64,000 bases of DNA from a virus. This document shows, in pieces, positions 21,774 to 31,660 of the stretch. The DNA lies in the IMG/VR virus record IMGVR_UViG_3300025057_000003, positions 51,585 to 115,584 of that record; one strand, written 5' to 3'. The number at the start of each line of letters is the position of its first letter. Within the stretch, counting starts at the first letter, position 1. The notes beneath the pieces are model-generated. The model ran no database searches and was not told where the DNA came from. It saw only the letters and a list, made by a program, of their open reading frames with translations. The position numbers were made by a program, and so were the translations under genes.

Positions 21774-23633
21774 TTACTGGATTTCACAGGCTCCTCCAGC
21801 ACACGCTAGTTCACCTGTAAGATTTGTTTCATCCGTCTCTTCAGTCACTTTAGATAAATCAACTTCTTTGAGATATTTTAACATCTCATTGTATTTATCT
21901 TCTGTAATATCTTGAAACGGTGCTTGTTTATATGTACCACCATTATATGGCAATACAGATAGTCCGTTATAGAACTCTCTATTATTCCACATCCACTCAC
22001 CTGCTAGATCCCATTCATCTTCTTTCAAAGAGATAGTTGCAGATACATTATGTGAATTAGAACCATTTCTGTGACCTGGTTTAATCCACTCTGTAGCTAC
22101 ACGCTTAACTCTTTCTAAAAGAGCAAATGGTGATTCTGTTCTCATGATGGCTCCTTTTGGTGCCTTTTGAGGAACGCTAATTACAGCAGTAGTATGAGGG
22201 CTAAAGTATTCATCTTCAACCAACTCCGGGATGTTCTTAGAAAGATAATTATATATAGCTTCATTCTTACCTACACGGAGAGTACGTATATAGTAATCAT
22301 TATGCCATGCATGTATTCCTGAACTTGTACCTAATGTAAGAGAAGTTGTACCCGCAGGTTTTACAGTAGTTGTTCTAGCTGATTTGTTAATACCAATCAA
22401 CTTTGCAACTCTTGCGTTTTCATTCTTTACAACTTCAGCGGCTTCAGTCATATTATAACCTAAAACAGATCCGGATCCAATTCCTGTCATTGATACACCA
22501 ATCAGTGCATCTTTCTCAGTTGTTTCTCTCCAGATATCTCTTAGATAATGAAAGTCTGTATATCCTGCTTGTAAAGTTCCAATGAAAGCCGCGGCTTTCA
22601 CTCTAGCATTTAAATCTTCTTGAGATTCAATGTTAGATACATTGACTTCACATAAGTTACAGAATTGATATGGACGTAGTGCAATCTCACAACAAGGATT
22701 AGTTCCCCAATCTTTGTCATTATTAAAGTAGATACCTGGTTCACCAGCTCCACTCTTTTCTACACGGTCCCACAACTTCATGAAGAACTTCTTTGTAATC
22801 TTATGTCTCATTAAGACAGCAGAGTTATTAGCCCTACCTCTTTGTGGATTAAGTTCCCACCAAGATCCAGACTTACATGCAATCATATCATCATCATCTG
22901 CTGAAAACAAAGATATAAGTGCAGCTCTACGGATACCTCCTGCCAATACTGCATCTGCAATATGACAAACAATATCATGAACTTCTAATGTAGTAAGCTG
23001 ATCACCATCATCCTTTGAATCTAAGATACCTGTTACCTTAACAATGCACTCTTTCAATGGCTGAGGTCCTGGAGCTTTACCACCAGATGTTATAAGTCTA
23101 GCACCCTTTGGTCTAATATCAGAGTAATCAAACTCTATACGAGAACTTTTACCATTAAGATAAGACTTCATAAGAACTTTAATTGCATCTGCCCAACCCT
23201 CAATTGAATCACCAATTAAGAATCTTCTTTTGCGTTTTACATAAGGTTTATTAATAGGGGGTAGTTTTTCTACATGATGCTTCTGTACTGAATATCCTAC
23301 ACCAGTCCCACCTAGTAGTAAGAACATAATTTCACTAAAGGACTCACGATCATCAATGGGCAAATAAGCACAGTTATATATTCTATTAGGAGATATTTCA
23401 ATTGGCTTGCCGCCAAATTGCATTGATCTCATAGATGGTAATACTTTTTTATCATATACGAACTTGTAGGTTTCTTCAATCTGATCTTTTAACTCAGGAT
23501 ATTTTTTGATATGCATATCCTTGTTTCTAGTTACAAGTTCTTGCCAGGTTTCTCTTCTATTGAGTTCAGGGATGTACCGGGCATATTTCATGTGGACAGT
23601 AATGTCACTAAGAATTTTGTTACTTAATTCCAT
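21774..23633 (-). CDS. nrdJ: Class II (adenosylcobalamin-dependent) monomeric ribonucleotide reductase
   Basis: YNCAY, GGIRRAA, NPCCEI, FCNL, TVKPAGTTS and C-terminal ACAGGACEI motifs. Single 619-aa subunit with no beta subunit in the window. Confidence 0.93.
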   Translation of the reverse strand: MELSNKILSDITVHMKYARYIPELNRRETWQELVTRNKDMHIKKYPELKDQIEETYKFVYDKKVLPSMRSMQFGGKPIEISPNRIYNCAYLPIDDRESFSEIMFLLLGGTGVGYSVQKHHVEKLPPINKPYVKRKRRFLIGDSIEGWADAIKVLMKSYLNGKSSRIEFDYSDIRPKGARLITSGGKAPGPQPLKECIVKVTGILDSKDDGDQLTTLEVHDIVCHIADAVLAGGIRRAALISLFSADDDDMIACKSGSWWELNPQRGRANNSAVLMRHKITKKFFMKLWDRVEKSGAGEPGIYFNNDKDWGTNPCCEIALRPYQFCNLCEVNVSNIESQEDLNARVKAAAFIGTLQAGYTDFHYLRDIWRETTEKDALIGVSMTGIGSGSVLGYNMTEAAEVVKNENARVAKLIGINKSARTTTVKPAGTTSLTLGTSSGIHAWHNDYYIRTLRVGKNEAIYNYLSKNIPELVEDEYFSPHTTAVISVPQKAPKGAIMRTESPFALLERVKRVATEWIKPGHRNGSNSHNVSATISLKEDEWDLAGEWMWNNREFYNGLSVLPYNGGTYKQAPFQDITEDKYNEMLKYLKEVDLSKVTEETDETNLTGELACAGGACEIQ

Positions 23634-23720
23634 TTAAATAATTTTTGTTGTTAATAATTGATTTTTATTTGAGTTACTTTTTGAAAAAATGCCTTGTTAG
23701 TTTTTGTAACTCTCATATAC

Positions 23721-23752
23721 TTAATTTAAGAAAAATATGTCTTAAAATCAAG
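23721..23752 (-). promoter_or_regulatory. Bacteroidota sigma-type promoter upstream of the RNR gene
   Basis: CTTG-N20-TAAATTAA, resembling the -33 TTTG / -7 TAnnTTTG consensus. Confidence 0.5.
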
Positions 23753-23756
23753 ATGA

Positions 23757-23924
23757 TTAATTTAATATTCTCATAAATGAGAACCTGAAGAATAATAACC
23801 CTATTTCAATACCAAAAGTATCAAGAACATTTTGATCTTCATCTAAGAATTTATTATTTAAAATTTGAATACCCAGCAAAGGGGCTTTAGGTAATAATAC
23901 CATGTGGAAAGAGTTTTTTGACAT
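23757..23924 (-). CDS. Small hypothetical protein (55 aa, not in ORF track)
   Basis: ATG...TAA frame MSKNSFHMVLLPKAPLLGIQ...EIGLLFFRFSFMRILN that fills the intergenic gap. Confidence 0.6.
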   Translation of the reverse strand: MSKNSFHMVLLPKAPLLGIQILNNKFLDEDQNVLDTFGIEIGLLFFRFSFMRILN

Positions 23925-24038
23925 ATATTAAAATTTAAAGTTATATAATTTAAACTACAAAAATTCCAATGATTTTTGTATATTATAGTATAGAGTACTA
24001 AGTGATAGTACTGAATTTTGTTTCTACTTTATTGAAAA

Positions 24039-24410
24039 ATGTTTTCAAAAATAAAAAATATTTTGACGTACTATGATTCTGAACCTACAGAAATTATGCA
24101 GGGCATCATATGGTTTATATTATTCCCTATAATATATACAGTAGAACACGGTCTAAATTTATTTTTGGTTGTAACCTCAATGGTTATAGGATTCTGTGGG
24201 CTATATTCAGTTTGTTATCATTCTCTAAAGACAAGAAAAACTTTAGCCTTTAGCACTTTTTTATTTTCAACAATTGTTGTTTTAATGTATCTAATCAAAG
24301 GAGACTTTGTTTGCCCTACTCATTGGGGTTGGGCTGTAATTTGCTTTAGTGCTTTCTTCAATCTAAAAAGAATTACTAATCATTACTATAGATCTTTGCA
24401 AAATGGATAA
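24039..24410 (+). CDS. Membrane protein (about 4 TM), possible lysis-module component
   Basis: Several hydrophobic segments; first gene of the late block. Confidence 0.7.
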   Translation: MFSKIKNILTYYDSEPTEIMQGIIWFILFPIIYTVEHGLNLFLVVTSMVIGFCGLYSVCYHSLKTRKTLAFSTFLFSTIVVLMYLIKGDFVCPTHWGWAVICFSAFFNLKRITNHYYRSLQNG

Positions 24411-24708
24411 TCTAACAACAGCAGTAGTTACATTAATTACCGTACTCTTTTCAGCAGGAGCTTGGAAATTTTATGAAACAAGAATGAAATTAAAATCAGA
24501 ACTAATGAAAGGAGAAAAAAATGATCAAAACATGTATAGAGATGATCTTAGAGAACGTGTTAGAAATCTTGAAAGGTTATTAAACATTAGTGCTGATGAA
24601 AAAGATGAGATGCGTCAACAGATCTTGTCATTAACAGAAGAAGTGGGTGTACTTAGAACTAAAGTTGCATTTCTTGAAAAAGAAAATGAAAGACTCCGGA
24701 ATGTATAA
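24403..24708 (+). CDS. N-terminally anchored coiled-coil protein (holin/spanin-like architecture)
   Basis: N-terminal TM (TAVVTLITVLFSAGAW) followed by a heptad-rich charged tail. Confidence 0.65.
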   Translation: MDNLTTAVVTLITVLFSAGAWKFYETRMKLKSELMKGEKNDQNMYRDDLRERVRNLERLLNISADEKDEMRQQILSLTEEVGVLRTKVAFLEKENERLRNV

Positions 24709-24797
24709 ATGATATGATAGTCTTTGTTATATTAGTATTTTTTCTTATCTTATATAGTAGTATGGGAATAATTATGTCCCAGAATAAAATTACAATT

Positions 24798-25055
24798 ATG
24801 AAAGTTATTAAATTAATTTTTAAGGTGATATGGACTATATCACTTCAAAATATTTTTCTATGGTTAGGTATGGCTTGGAAATGGGCTTGGTCTAAAACTG
24901 AAGTTGATGAAAAAGCTATTGCTGTAGCTAAAGAAGTAAAACGTAGAGCTGAAAATGCAGCAGACGAAATGGGTGATGTTGTTGATGCTTTAAAAGGTAA
25001 AGAAATAAATCCAAATGGCAGCGCAAAAAAAACTAAACATAAAAAAAGCAATTAA
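24798..25055 (+). CDS. Hypothetical membrane-associated protein
   Basis: Likely start at ATG 24798 (AATTATG context). Amphipathic/hydrophobic N-terminus followed by a charged helix. Confidence 0.6.
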   Translation: MKVIKLIFKVIWTISLQNIFLWLGMAWKWAWSKTEVDEKAIAVAKEVKRRAENAADEMGDVVDALKGKEINPNGSAKKTKHKKSN

Positions 25056-25218
25056 GAAACCAGGTTCTTTAACTGCCACTGCAAAAAGAGCAGGAGCTGT
25101 AAAGAAGGATGGTACTATTAAAGTGTCTTGGCTACGTGAAAAAGCTAAAGGAGGAAATAGCAAAACCGCACAACGTGCTAGATTTGCTTTAACCTTAAGA
25201 AAGTTAAACAAAAAATAA
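25015..25218 (+). CDS. Small basic virion/DNA-binding protein
   Basis: IKKAIKKPGSL...AQRARFALTLRKL, a very Lys/Arg-rich type of small phage protein. Confidence 0.7.
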   Translation: MAAQKKLNIKKAIKKPGSLTATAKRAGAVKKDGTIKVSWLREKAKGGNSKTAQRARFALTLRKLNKK

Positions 25219-25235
25219 ATTAAAACTTAGAAATT

Positions 25236-25763
25236 ATGCCTTATAATATGAAAAAAGCTGGTATGAAATACCAAGATGGAGGGTCTATAAAAAAAACAGC
25301 AAAAAAAGCTGTAAATAAAGCAAAGTCAGTAGATGATGCAATTGAAAAAAAATATCCTTCAGTTGCAAAAAACCCTGCATACAAAGGGGCGAAGTCTGCA
25401 GCTAAAAGTACCTTAAAATATCTTGGCTTAATGCAGAAAGGTGGAGCAATGAAATCACCAGATGCTTCTAAATATGTGGGTAATCCAATGGGTTACTATG
25501 CTGATAAAGCAGCTTACGGAAGAGAGATGGCCCGTCAAAAGATGATGCAAGGTGGTGGTGCTTATGACAGTAACATTGAAGCTCTTAATGTAATAGAACA
25601 AGAGCGTGATGCTATGCGAGCTAGAAAACAAAACAGATTGGATTCTAAATTAAAAAGAAAGCAAACAAAAGAAAAAATCTCTAGTGTTAATGCAGATATA
25701 GCTAGAAATAGATCTGATAAAAGAGCAGCTAATCAATCTAATAGAATGTTTAAAAGAAGATAA
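25236..25763 (+). CDS. Basic virion protein with repeated (Y/M)QxGG motifs
   Basis: KYQDGG, LMQKGG and MMQGGG motifs; low complexity and basic. Confidence 0.7.
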   Translation: MPYNMKKAGMKYQDGGSIKKTAKKAVNKAKSVDDAIEKKYPSVAKNPAYKGAKSAAKSTLKYLGLMQKGGAMKSPDASKYVGNPMGYYADKAAYGREMARQKMMQGGGAYDSNIEALNVIEQERDAMRARKQNRLDSKLKRKQTKEKISSVNADIARNRSDKRAANQSNRMFKRR

Positions 25764-25765
25764 TT

Positions 25766-26212
25766 ATGGCAGCACCTTGGGTTACAAAATTATTTGGAGG
25801 TCTTCTTAGTAAAGCAGATACAATCATAGATGAGGTAGTCACTTCTAAAGAGGAAAAGATTACCCTTAAAAATGCTATGCAAAAAATGCTGCTTGACAGT
25901 GAGGCTGTTGTTCAAGAGAATGTAACAGAACGTTGGAAAGCAGATATGAGCTCTGATTCATGGTTATCCAAAAATGTCAGACCTATGGTTCTGATTTTTT
26001 TGGTTGTATGCACTATGATTTTAGTATTTATTGATGCGGGTTTTATTGACTTTAAAGTAGAAGATAAATGGATTAACTTACTAGAGATCACATTGCTTAC
26101 TGTTATTGGAGCATACTTTGGTGGTAGATCTATTGAGAAAGTTAAGAATACAAATGTTGTAAAAAATGAGACTAAACGTAAAGGTCTATTCAGAAAGAAA
26201 GAAGAAGAGTAG
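25766..26212 (+). CDS. Holin (GTA 3TM-holin family-like)
   Basis: ERWKADMSSDSWLSKNVRP, two TM segments and GAYFGGRSIEK. Confidence 0.85.
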   Translation: MAAPWVTKLFGGLLSKADTIIDEVVTSKEEKITLKNAMQKMLLDSEAVVQENVTERWKADMSSDSWLSKNVRPMVLIFLVVCTMILVFIDAGFIDFKVEDKWINLLEITLLTVIGAYFGGRSIEKVKNTNVVKNETKRKGLFRKKEEE

Positions 26213-26297
26213 ACCAGGTGTCCACGCTAAAAGTAAAACCTCTAGATCTAAAAGTAGTAAAAACTACAAGAAGAAATATAGGGGACAGGGAAAATGA
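26166..26297 (+). CDS. Small highly basic protein (43 aa, not in ORF track)
   Basis: MRLNVKVYSERKKKSRPGVHAKSKTSRSKSSKNYKKKYRGQGK*. Overlaps the holin 3' end, and its TGA overlaps the next ATG (ATGA). Confidence 0.65.
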   Translation: MRLNVKVYSERKKKSRPGVHAKSKTSRSKSSKNYKKKYRGQGK

Positions 26298-26383
26298 AGA
26301 TATTAGGATTAGTAGCGTTTATTATTGTAATGCTACTTCTTCATATAATAAAGATGAGGAGCAGATGGAGGACGTACCTTTAA
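26294..26383 (+). CDS. Single-TM micro-protein (29 aa, not in ORF track)
   Basis: MKILGLVAFIIVMLLLHIIKMRSRWRTYL*, ATGA-coupled to the previous ORF. Confidence 0.45.
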   Translation: MKILGLVAFIIVMLLLHIIKMRSRWRTYL

Positions 26384-26520
26384 TTGAAATTGTTTTTCAT
26401 TGGCCGCATGATCGGCTTGCTTTAGGTTGGGACTGGATTAGACCGGATGAACAATATGATTATACAACAGTTAGATTATATTTATTAATAACTACAATAA
26501 CAATAAATTATGGCAAATAA
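26365..26520 (+). CDS. Small hypothetical protein (51 aa; restart of the 26218 ORF)
   Basis: MEDVPLIEIVFHWPHDRLALGWDWIRPD...; the upstream part of the track ORF is better explained by two other frames. Confidence 0.6.
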   Translation: MEDVPLIEIVFHWPHDRLALGWDWIRPDEQYDYTTVRLYLLITTITINYGK

Positions 26521-26695
26521 AAAATATTACAGAGCAGGTGGTCAGCCATCATTGCTTACTTCATTACAAGGACGTTTAGATATGACTATGCCTGGTGCAA
26601 TTAATAATAAATACATGAAAGGTAAAGATTGTGGTTGTAGTAAAAAGATGCAATTAGGAGGCGGAACTCATAATACTTATTTTGGTAAGAAATGA
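26510..26695 (+). CDS. Small basic protein with xxGG motifs
   Basis: YYRAGG and KMQLGG motifs plus a CGC. Confidence 0.6.
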   Translation: MANKKYYRAGGQPSLLTSLQGRLDMTMPGAINNKYMKGKDCGCSKKMQLGGGTHNTYFGKK

Positions 26696-28296
26696 ATATT
26701 TTAACGGATATACTTAGTCTGATTAAAAGGAAAAAGTTTGTTGATCAAGCTAAAGCCAATGATGTATTAGTTCTTGGGATTAATGAAGAACCTGAGATAG
26801 AAGGTATAGCATCACCGGTTCCCTATAAAGACGTTAAGTTAATCAAAGTATCAGACTTTATTTCTGCAGGATCTGTAGATGCAGAGAATGTACCAATAGG
26901 TGCATCTGAAGCAGGATGTTTTAAAAATAAGGTTACGGATCCAGTTACTGGGGAAGCTACACTTAACTTTAGAAGATTAAAATCACTGTCTCTAGATCTT
27001 ACTATACAAGAAAACGGAGACTACGTTGAGTTTGATATTGATGTTATAGATGAAGGTGTTTGGTCTATACCTAATGCTGCAGGTAAAGATATATATTATG
27101 ATACATTTCAAGATGCTTTAGATGCAGCTTCTTCTGGAGATACCGTATATCTACATACTAATGTTATAGAAACTGGAGCAGTTACTGTAGTATTAAAAAC
27201 TGGAGTTAATGTTGACTTTAATGGATTTACATATATATTAGATGAACCATCTAATATAAGTGCAATTGGTGATGGTGGACTGGGTGTAACTGGTGTTGTA
27301 TTATCAAATGGAATAGTTCAAAGAAAAGGTGCTCTGGTTACAGGAACTGAAACGGATACCTTAGCTCTTTATATACAAAGTGGGTCATCAATAATTACAT
27401 ATGAAAATATGATCTTTACAAATAATAATGGTGTAGCTTGTAGAGTTGATGGTGAGACAAGAGGTATAAAAGGTAAAGGTACAGTAGTTGGTATATCATG
27501 TGGATTTTCTTCATATTTGTATAATTCAATAGGATTTGGTGCAAATACTGGTATAGGTATAAATTCAACTGCTGAAGGAAAAGTGGGTGAACTATATAAT
27601 TGTATAGGATATTCTGATCTTGGAGTTGGTATAAATTCAAATTTTGATATAATAAGTTGTAAAGGTTATTCAGGAGGAGATGACGGAATTAGAGTAAACG
27701 GACTTAGAATATATGACTCATTTGGATTTAGTACAAGGGCTAACGGGATCTCTTTATTAAACTGCGAGGCTCATTTCTGCAAAGGTGTATCTCTTGCTGC
27801 AACTGAGGAATTACCAATTGGTAGTTCTGGAATTAGAATAGAAGATTGTGTCAATATAAATAATTGTGCAGGTTATGGCTCACAGGCTAACGGTATGGGT
27901 GTTATAACTACCGGGATAATTACTAGATCTATAATTTCAAATTCATCAGCCAGCAGTACTAGAAATGCACTTAGAGTATATCAATATCTTGGAGTTGGTA
28001 CTCAGACAACAGATATGGTATTCATGAATTGTTCTTTTGATGGGTCTAGAGATGTTGCATTAATTGATAGAAATGATGTTGCTAAAACAACCTTTATGAA
28101 TTGTAGTTTTTACACAATTAATGATTTTTACAGTTGCATAAAAGGTATAAGCTCAGGTTCAACTACTATACCTGTTGATGTTAGTTATGCAAATTGTACA
28201 TTTAAGACAGAACAAAATTCTGCGGGTACACCGCTTGTTAATATAAATCAAGCAATAACAAATACTACAGATAACCAAGGTAATACTTACATATAA
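26692..28296 (+). CDS. Tailspike / receptor-binding protein with a right-handed beta-helix (pectate-lyase-like)
   Basis: N-cap YDTFQDALDAASSGDTVYL followed by Gly/Asn/Cys-rich repeats (NCIG, SCKG, NCSF). Confidence 0.75.
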   Translation: MNILTDILSLIKRKKFVDQAKANDVLVLGINEEPEIEGIASPVPYKDVKLIKVSDFISAGSVDAENVPIGASEAGCFKNKVTDPVTGEATLNFRRLKSLSLDLTIQENGDYVEFDIDVIDEGVWSIPNAAGKDIYYDTFQDALDAASSGDTVYLHTNVIETGAVTVVLKTGVNVDFNGFTYILDEPSNISAIGDGGLGVTGVVLSNGIVQRKGALVTGTETDTLALYIQSGSSIITYENMIFTNNNGVACRVDGETRGIKGKGTVVGISCGFSSYLYNSIGFGANTGIGINSTAEGKVGELYNCIGYSDLGVGINSNFDIISCKGYSGGDDGIRVNGLRIYDSFGFSTRANGISLLNCEAHFCKGVSLAATEELPIGSSGIRIEDCVNINNCAGYGSQANGMGVITTGIITRSIISNSSASSTRNALRVYQYLGVGTQTTDMVFMNCSFDGSRDVALIDRNDVAKTTFMNCSFYTINDFYSCIKGISSGSTTIPVDVSYANCTFKTEQNSAGTPLVNINQAITNTTDNQGNTYI

Positions 28297-28306
28297 AATA
28301 TACATT

Positions 28307-28549
28307 ATGAAAAAACCAAGTAAAACAGAAATGAGAAAATGGGAGATTGAATCAGCATTGTCAACTTTACAAAGAGCTGAGGAGATAAAAAAAGATGCAT
28401 CTTTAATGCGTGATGTAAAAAAGGCAGCTAAAAGTCAAGCAGATAGTTTAATGAAACTTGGCGGAGCTGTAACTAGTAAAAGAACTATTACTAGAAAATC
28501 TCCAGTAAGAACAACAACTACTAAGAGAACTCTTAGAAGAAAAAAGTAA
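28307..28549 (+). CDS. Small basic hypothetical protein
   Basis: 80-aa ORF with a basic tail, located between tail genes. Confidence 0.7.
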   Translation: MKKPSKTEMRKWEIESALSTLQRAEEIKKDASLMRDVKKAAKSQADSLMKLGGAVTSKRTITRKSPVRTTTTKRTLRRKK

Positions 28550-28556
28550 ATAAGAC

Positions 28557-31500
28557 ATGGCAGTAACAGTAGTAACAACTAAAATGGCAGGTGGTGTAAA
28601 TTACACACACACCACTGATACTTCGGCAGACTGGCCGTCAGTACCAGTTAGTACCTATTTCTATGATATAGATACAGAAATAGTATACTATAAAGATGCT
28701 GCCGGAACTGTTATAGATGCATATGAAGAAGGTGGTCTAACTACGGTTGCAACTGATGGTTTCACTATAACAGGTGATGGTACACCAACTAATCCTTTAG
28801 GTTCAGTTGGAGTATCTGGAGGAAATCTATTAATATCAGGTGGTGCATCATACTCTGGTACAGGATTAGACTTTGATATATCTATTCTTGTATTTAAGAT
28901 AGCGGGAATTCAATATACAACATCAGCTGAGACAACACTTACACTAGCCGCAGGTGATCCTACCTTTGCAAGATTTGATGCTATTATAGCCACATTAGAT
29001 ACTAATGATAATCCTATAGTAGATGTTGTACAAGGAACTCCTTCAGCTACTCCAGTTACTCCAGCACTTAACGCAGATCAAGTATTAGTTCAATATGTAG
29101 ATATTCAAGCAGCATCAACTACTCCAAATATTACAATACAGCAAGTATATAGAGAAGATCAAACATCTGATTGGTTAGGTAGTGTATCTGGAGGATTTGG
29201 GAACGCAGCTGTTTTTTCATCTACAACACCTTCTCCAACAGAGGGATCTTTTTGTTGCCTTAATACAGTAGGTAGATATGGTATTAGAAGAGGTACTAGA
29301 TTTACAGCACCTGCTGCAGTAAATAGAAGTCAATACACACAACTAAGTTTTAGAATATATTTAGTAGATGATTTTATAGCTAATTATGTCAATTACATTA
29401 GAGTATTTGGGTATAGTGCTCTTCCTCCAGAGGAAGGAGGTACTGGTACATATCTTGGTTTACTAGATGTAATACCTTACATGGATTTAACAGCTGTAGG
29501 TCAATGGCAGTTAGTTGTTGTCCCTACAGGACTAATGAATCAAAACTTAAGTGTAAGTGAAATTGGTTTCTTAAACTTTACTGTATACAACTGTCCACCT
29601 GCTTTAGTTAAATGCGGTGGTACTGCGCTCAAAGATAATACTGGTAATTTAATAACTCTTCAGTATGCTATAGATGATGTTAAATTACAAACAGGAACTA
29701 CCCCATCACCTGGAGCACCTACTGTTGATATTTTAGAAAATACTATTGCTGTAGGTTCTACTAGAACACTTGATTTTCAAGATGGTAACAATACTACAGT
29801 TAATGTAACAGATGATCTTATTAATAATAAAATAGATGTTCAAATAGACTATACAGGTTCTGATGAATTAGTTAAAGCTTCAGCTGCGGATACTATGCCT
29901 GGTTTTTTAGATACAAAGCTAACAGCAGGTACCAACGTTACATTTAATACTTTAAACCCTGGAGCTAATGAATCAGTTGAAATCAGTGCAACTGATACAG
30001 ATACAACATATGATCTTACATCAGCTCAGAATGTTTCTGATGTTGATATAACACTTACAGGATCTGATGCTACTACAGATACAGTAAAGCTTGTTGCTGG
30101 TACTAATATTACACTAACTGATAGCGGCACCAATCAAGTTACAATAGATGCTGCCGGTGGAGGTGAGGCAAACACTGCTTCTAATGTAGGTACAGGAGCA
30201 GGTCAAGTCTTTAAACAAAAGACGGGTGTTGATCTAGAACTCAAGACTATAAAAGCTGGTACTAACATTACTGTTACAAATAATGTAGATGATATAACAA
30301 TTGATGCAACAGGTGGCAGTGGTGAAGTTAATACAGCATCTAATGTTGGAGTTGGAGATGGAGTTTTCAAGCAAAAAACTGGAGTAGATTTAGAGTTTAA
30401 ATCATTAGTTGCAGGTACAAATATAACTTTAACTTCAGGAACAGATACAATTACCATTGATGCAGCAGGTGGTTCTGGTGGATCAGGTATATGGGGAATT
30501 GCTAATGCGGCTGGTGTTTATACTTTTTATTCTACAATAGCTTTAGCTAATGCTGCAGCTAGTGCAGGAGATACAATTGTACTATTTACAAATGTTACTG
30601 AAACAGGTGCAGTTACTTGGAATCTTGTTAATGGTGTAAATATAAATTTAAATGGTCATACTTACACTTTAGATAATGCCGCAGCTATTGCAGCAATTAC
30701 AGATAATGCAGTTGCGGTTGAATGTAAAATATCAAATGGAATTATACAAAGATTAAATGGTGCAGGATTAGCGATAGCTGCCGCATTTACAAACGCATCC
30801 AGTGAAATTATTCTTGATAATGTAAAAGTTATAGAAGCAGCAGCAGGTATTGCTTTAAGTACTGCAGGTAAAGTTTATGGTGGTATATACGAAAGTGGTT
30901 CCCCAGTAGGAGCAGTTTTAGCAAATAGTTCCACTAGTGAAATATATAATGCAATAATACTTGGCGGTAGAGTTGAAGTTAAGGGTGGTAAATTAGAAAA
31001 TTGTTATGTTTCTACTAATTCATATGTAGATCTTAGTCTCTCTGGAATATTAGAAAGATGTACAATTATAGGAGAATCTGGATCACTTGCAGCAGTAAAC
31101 TGTCAAAATACTGTATCAAATAATGGTAAAATGACTAACTGTGTAGTAAGATCTATAGGAGGTACTCCTGCCTTAGTTCAAAATACATCAATATCATTTT
31201 TCCATAATTGTTATTTTGAAAGTACTGCAGAGAATGCAGTAGAAACTACACTTGGTTATTTTTATGGTTGTACTTTTTATTCTGTATCTAGAGTAGCTGT
31301 TGATGCTCAACGATCTAAATTCCATAATTGTAATATGTATTCATTAACAAATGGAGGAGTGCAAACAGGTGCAGAAGGAGCTAATTACTTTTATGGTTGT
31401 AATATAACTTCTTTATTTGCAACTACAGATGCTTGTACAATAACTGCAACTGGTACTGCAGGAGCAAATATATTTTCAATGTGTAACTTTGAAGTACAAT

Positions 31501-31658
31501 CTTCAACTGATTTTGGAATTGCATCAACTGTAGCTTCAGATGTTTATTTAATTGGTAATACTTTTAATGGTATGGCTACAGCAATAGATGGTAATACAAC
31601 AAATATTCAAAGTACCGCAAATCAACATGATAAATTTGGTAACGTTTTAATAGGGTAA
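28557..31658 (+). CDS. Tail fibre/tailspike with a CBM-like domain, repeated shaft and C-terminal beta-helix
   Basis: Thr/Gly-rich. AGTNIT shaft repeats. Jelly-roll-like segment (QLSFRIY...GQWQLVVVP...IDDVKL). Beta-helix C-terminus homologous to 26692-28296. Confidence 0.8.
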   Translation: MAVTVVTTKMAGGVNYTHTTDTSADWPSVPVSTYFYDIDTEIVYYKDAAGTVIDAYEEGGLTTVATDGFTITGDGTPTNPLGSVGVSGGNLLISGGASYSGTGLDFDISILVFKIAGIQYTTSAETTLTLAAGDPTFARFDAIIATLDTNDNPIVDVVQGTPSATPVTPALNADQVLVQYVDIQAASTTPNITIQQVYREDQTSDWLGSVSGGFGNAAVFSSTTPSPTEGSFCCLNTVGRYGIRRGTRFTAPAAVNRSQYTQLSFRIYLVDDFIANYVNYIRVFGYSALPPEEGGTGTYLGLLDVIPYMDLTAVGQWQLVVVPTGLMNQNLSVSEIGFLNFTVYNCPPALVKCGGTALKDNTGNLITLQYAIDDVKLQTGTTPSPGAPTVDILENTIAVGSTRTLDFQDGNNTTVNVTDDLINNKIDVQIDYTGSDELVKASAADTMPGFLDTKLTAGTNVTFNTLNPGANESVEISATDTDTTYDLTSAQNVSDVDITLTGSDATTDTVKLVAGTNITLTDSGTNQVTIDAAGGGEANTASNVGTGAGQVFKQKTGVDLELKTIKAGTNITVTNNVDDITIDATGGSGEVNTASNVGVGDGVFKQKTGVDLEFKSLVAGTNITLTSGTDTITIDAAGGSGGSGIWGIANAAGVYTFYSTIALANAAASAGDTIVLFTNVTETGAVTWNLVNGVNINLNGHTYTLDNAAAIAAITDNAVAVECKISNGIIQRLNGAGLAIAAAFTNASSEIILDNVKVIEAAAGIALSTAGKVYGGIYESGSPVGAVLANSSTSEIYNAIILGGRVEVKGGKLENCYVSTNSYVDLSLSGILERCTIIGESGSLAAVNCQNTVSNNGKMTNCVVRSIGGTPALVQNTSISFFHNCYFESTAENAVETTLGYFYGCTFYSVSRVAVDAQRSKFHNCNMYSLTNGGVQTGAEGANYFYGCNITSLFATTDACTITATGTAGANIFSMCNFEVQSSTDFGIASTVASDVYLIGNTFNGMATAIDGNTTNIQSTANQHDKFGNVLIG
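30157..30470 (+). repeat. Tandem duplication (2 x ~52 codons) in the fibre shaft
   Basis: [37 protein letters not shown] versus [36 protein letters not shown]. Confidence 0.85.
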
Positions 31659-31660
31659 TT

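Noticed and set aside
26218-26364. N-terminal half of the 100-aa track ORF (GTG start)
   Set aside because: The region is better tiled by two coupled ORFs in other frames plus an ATG start at 26365.
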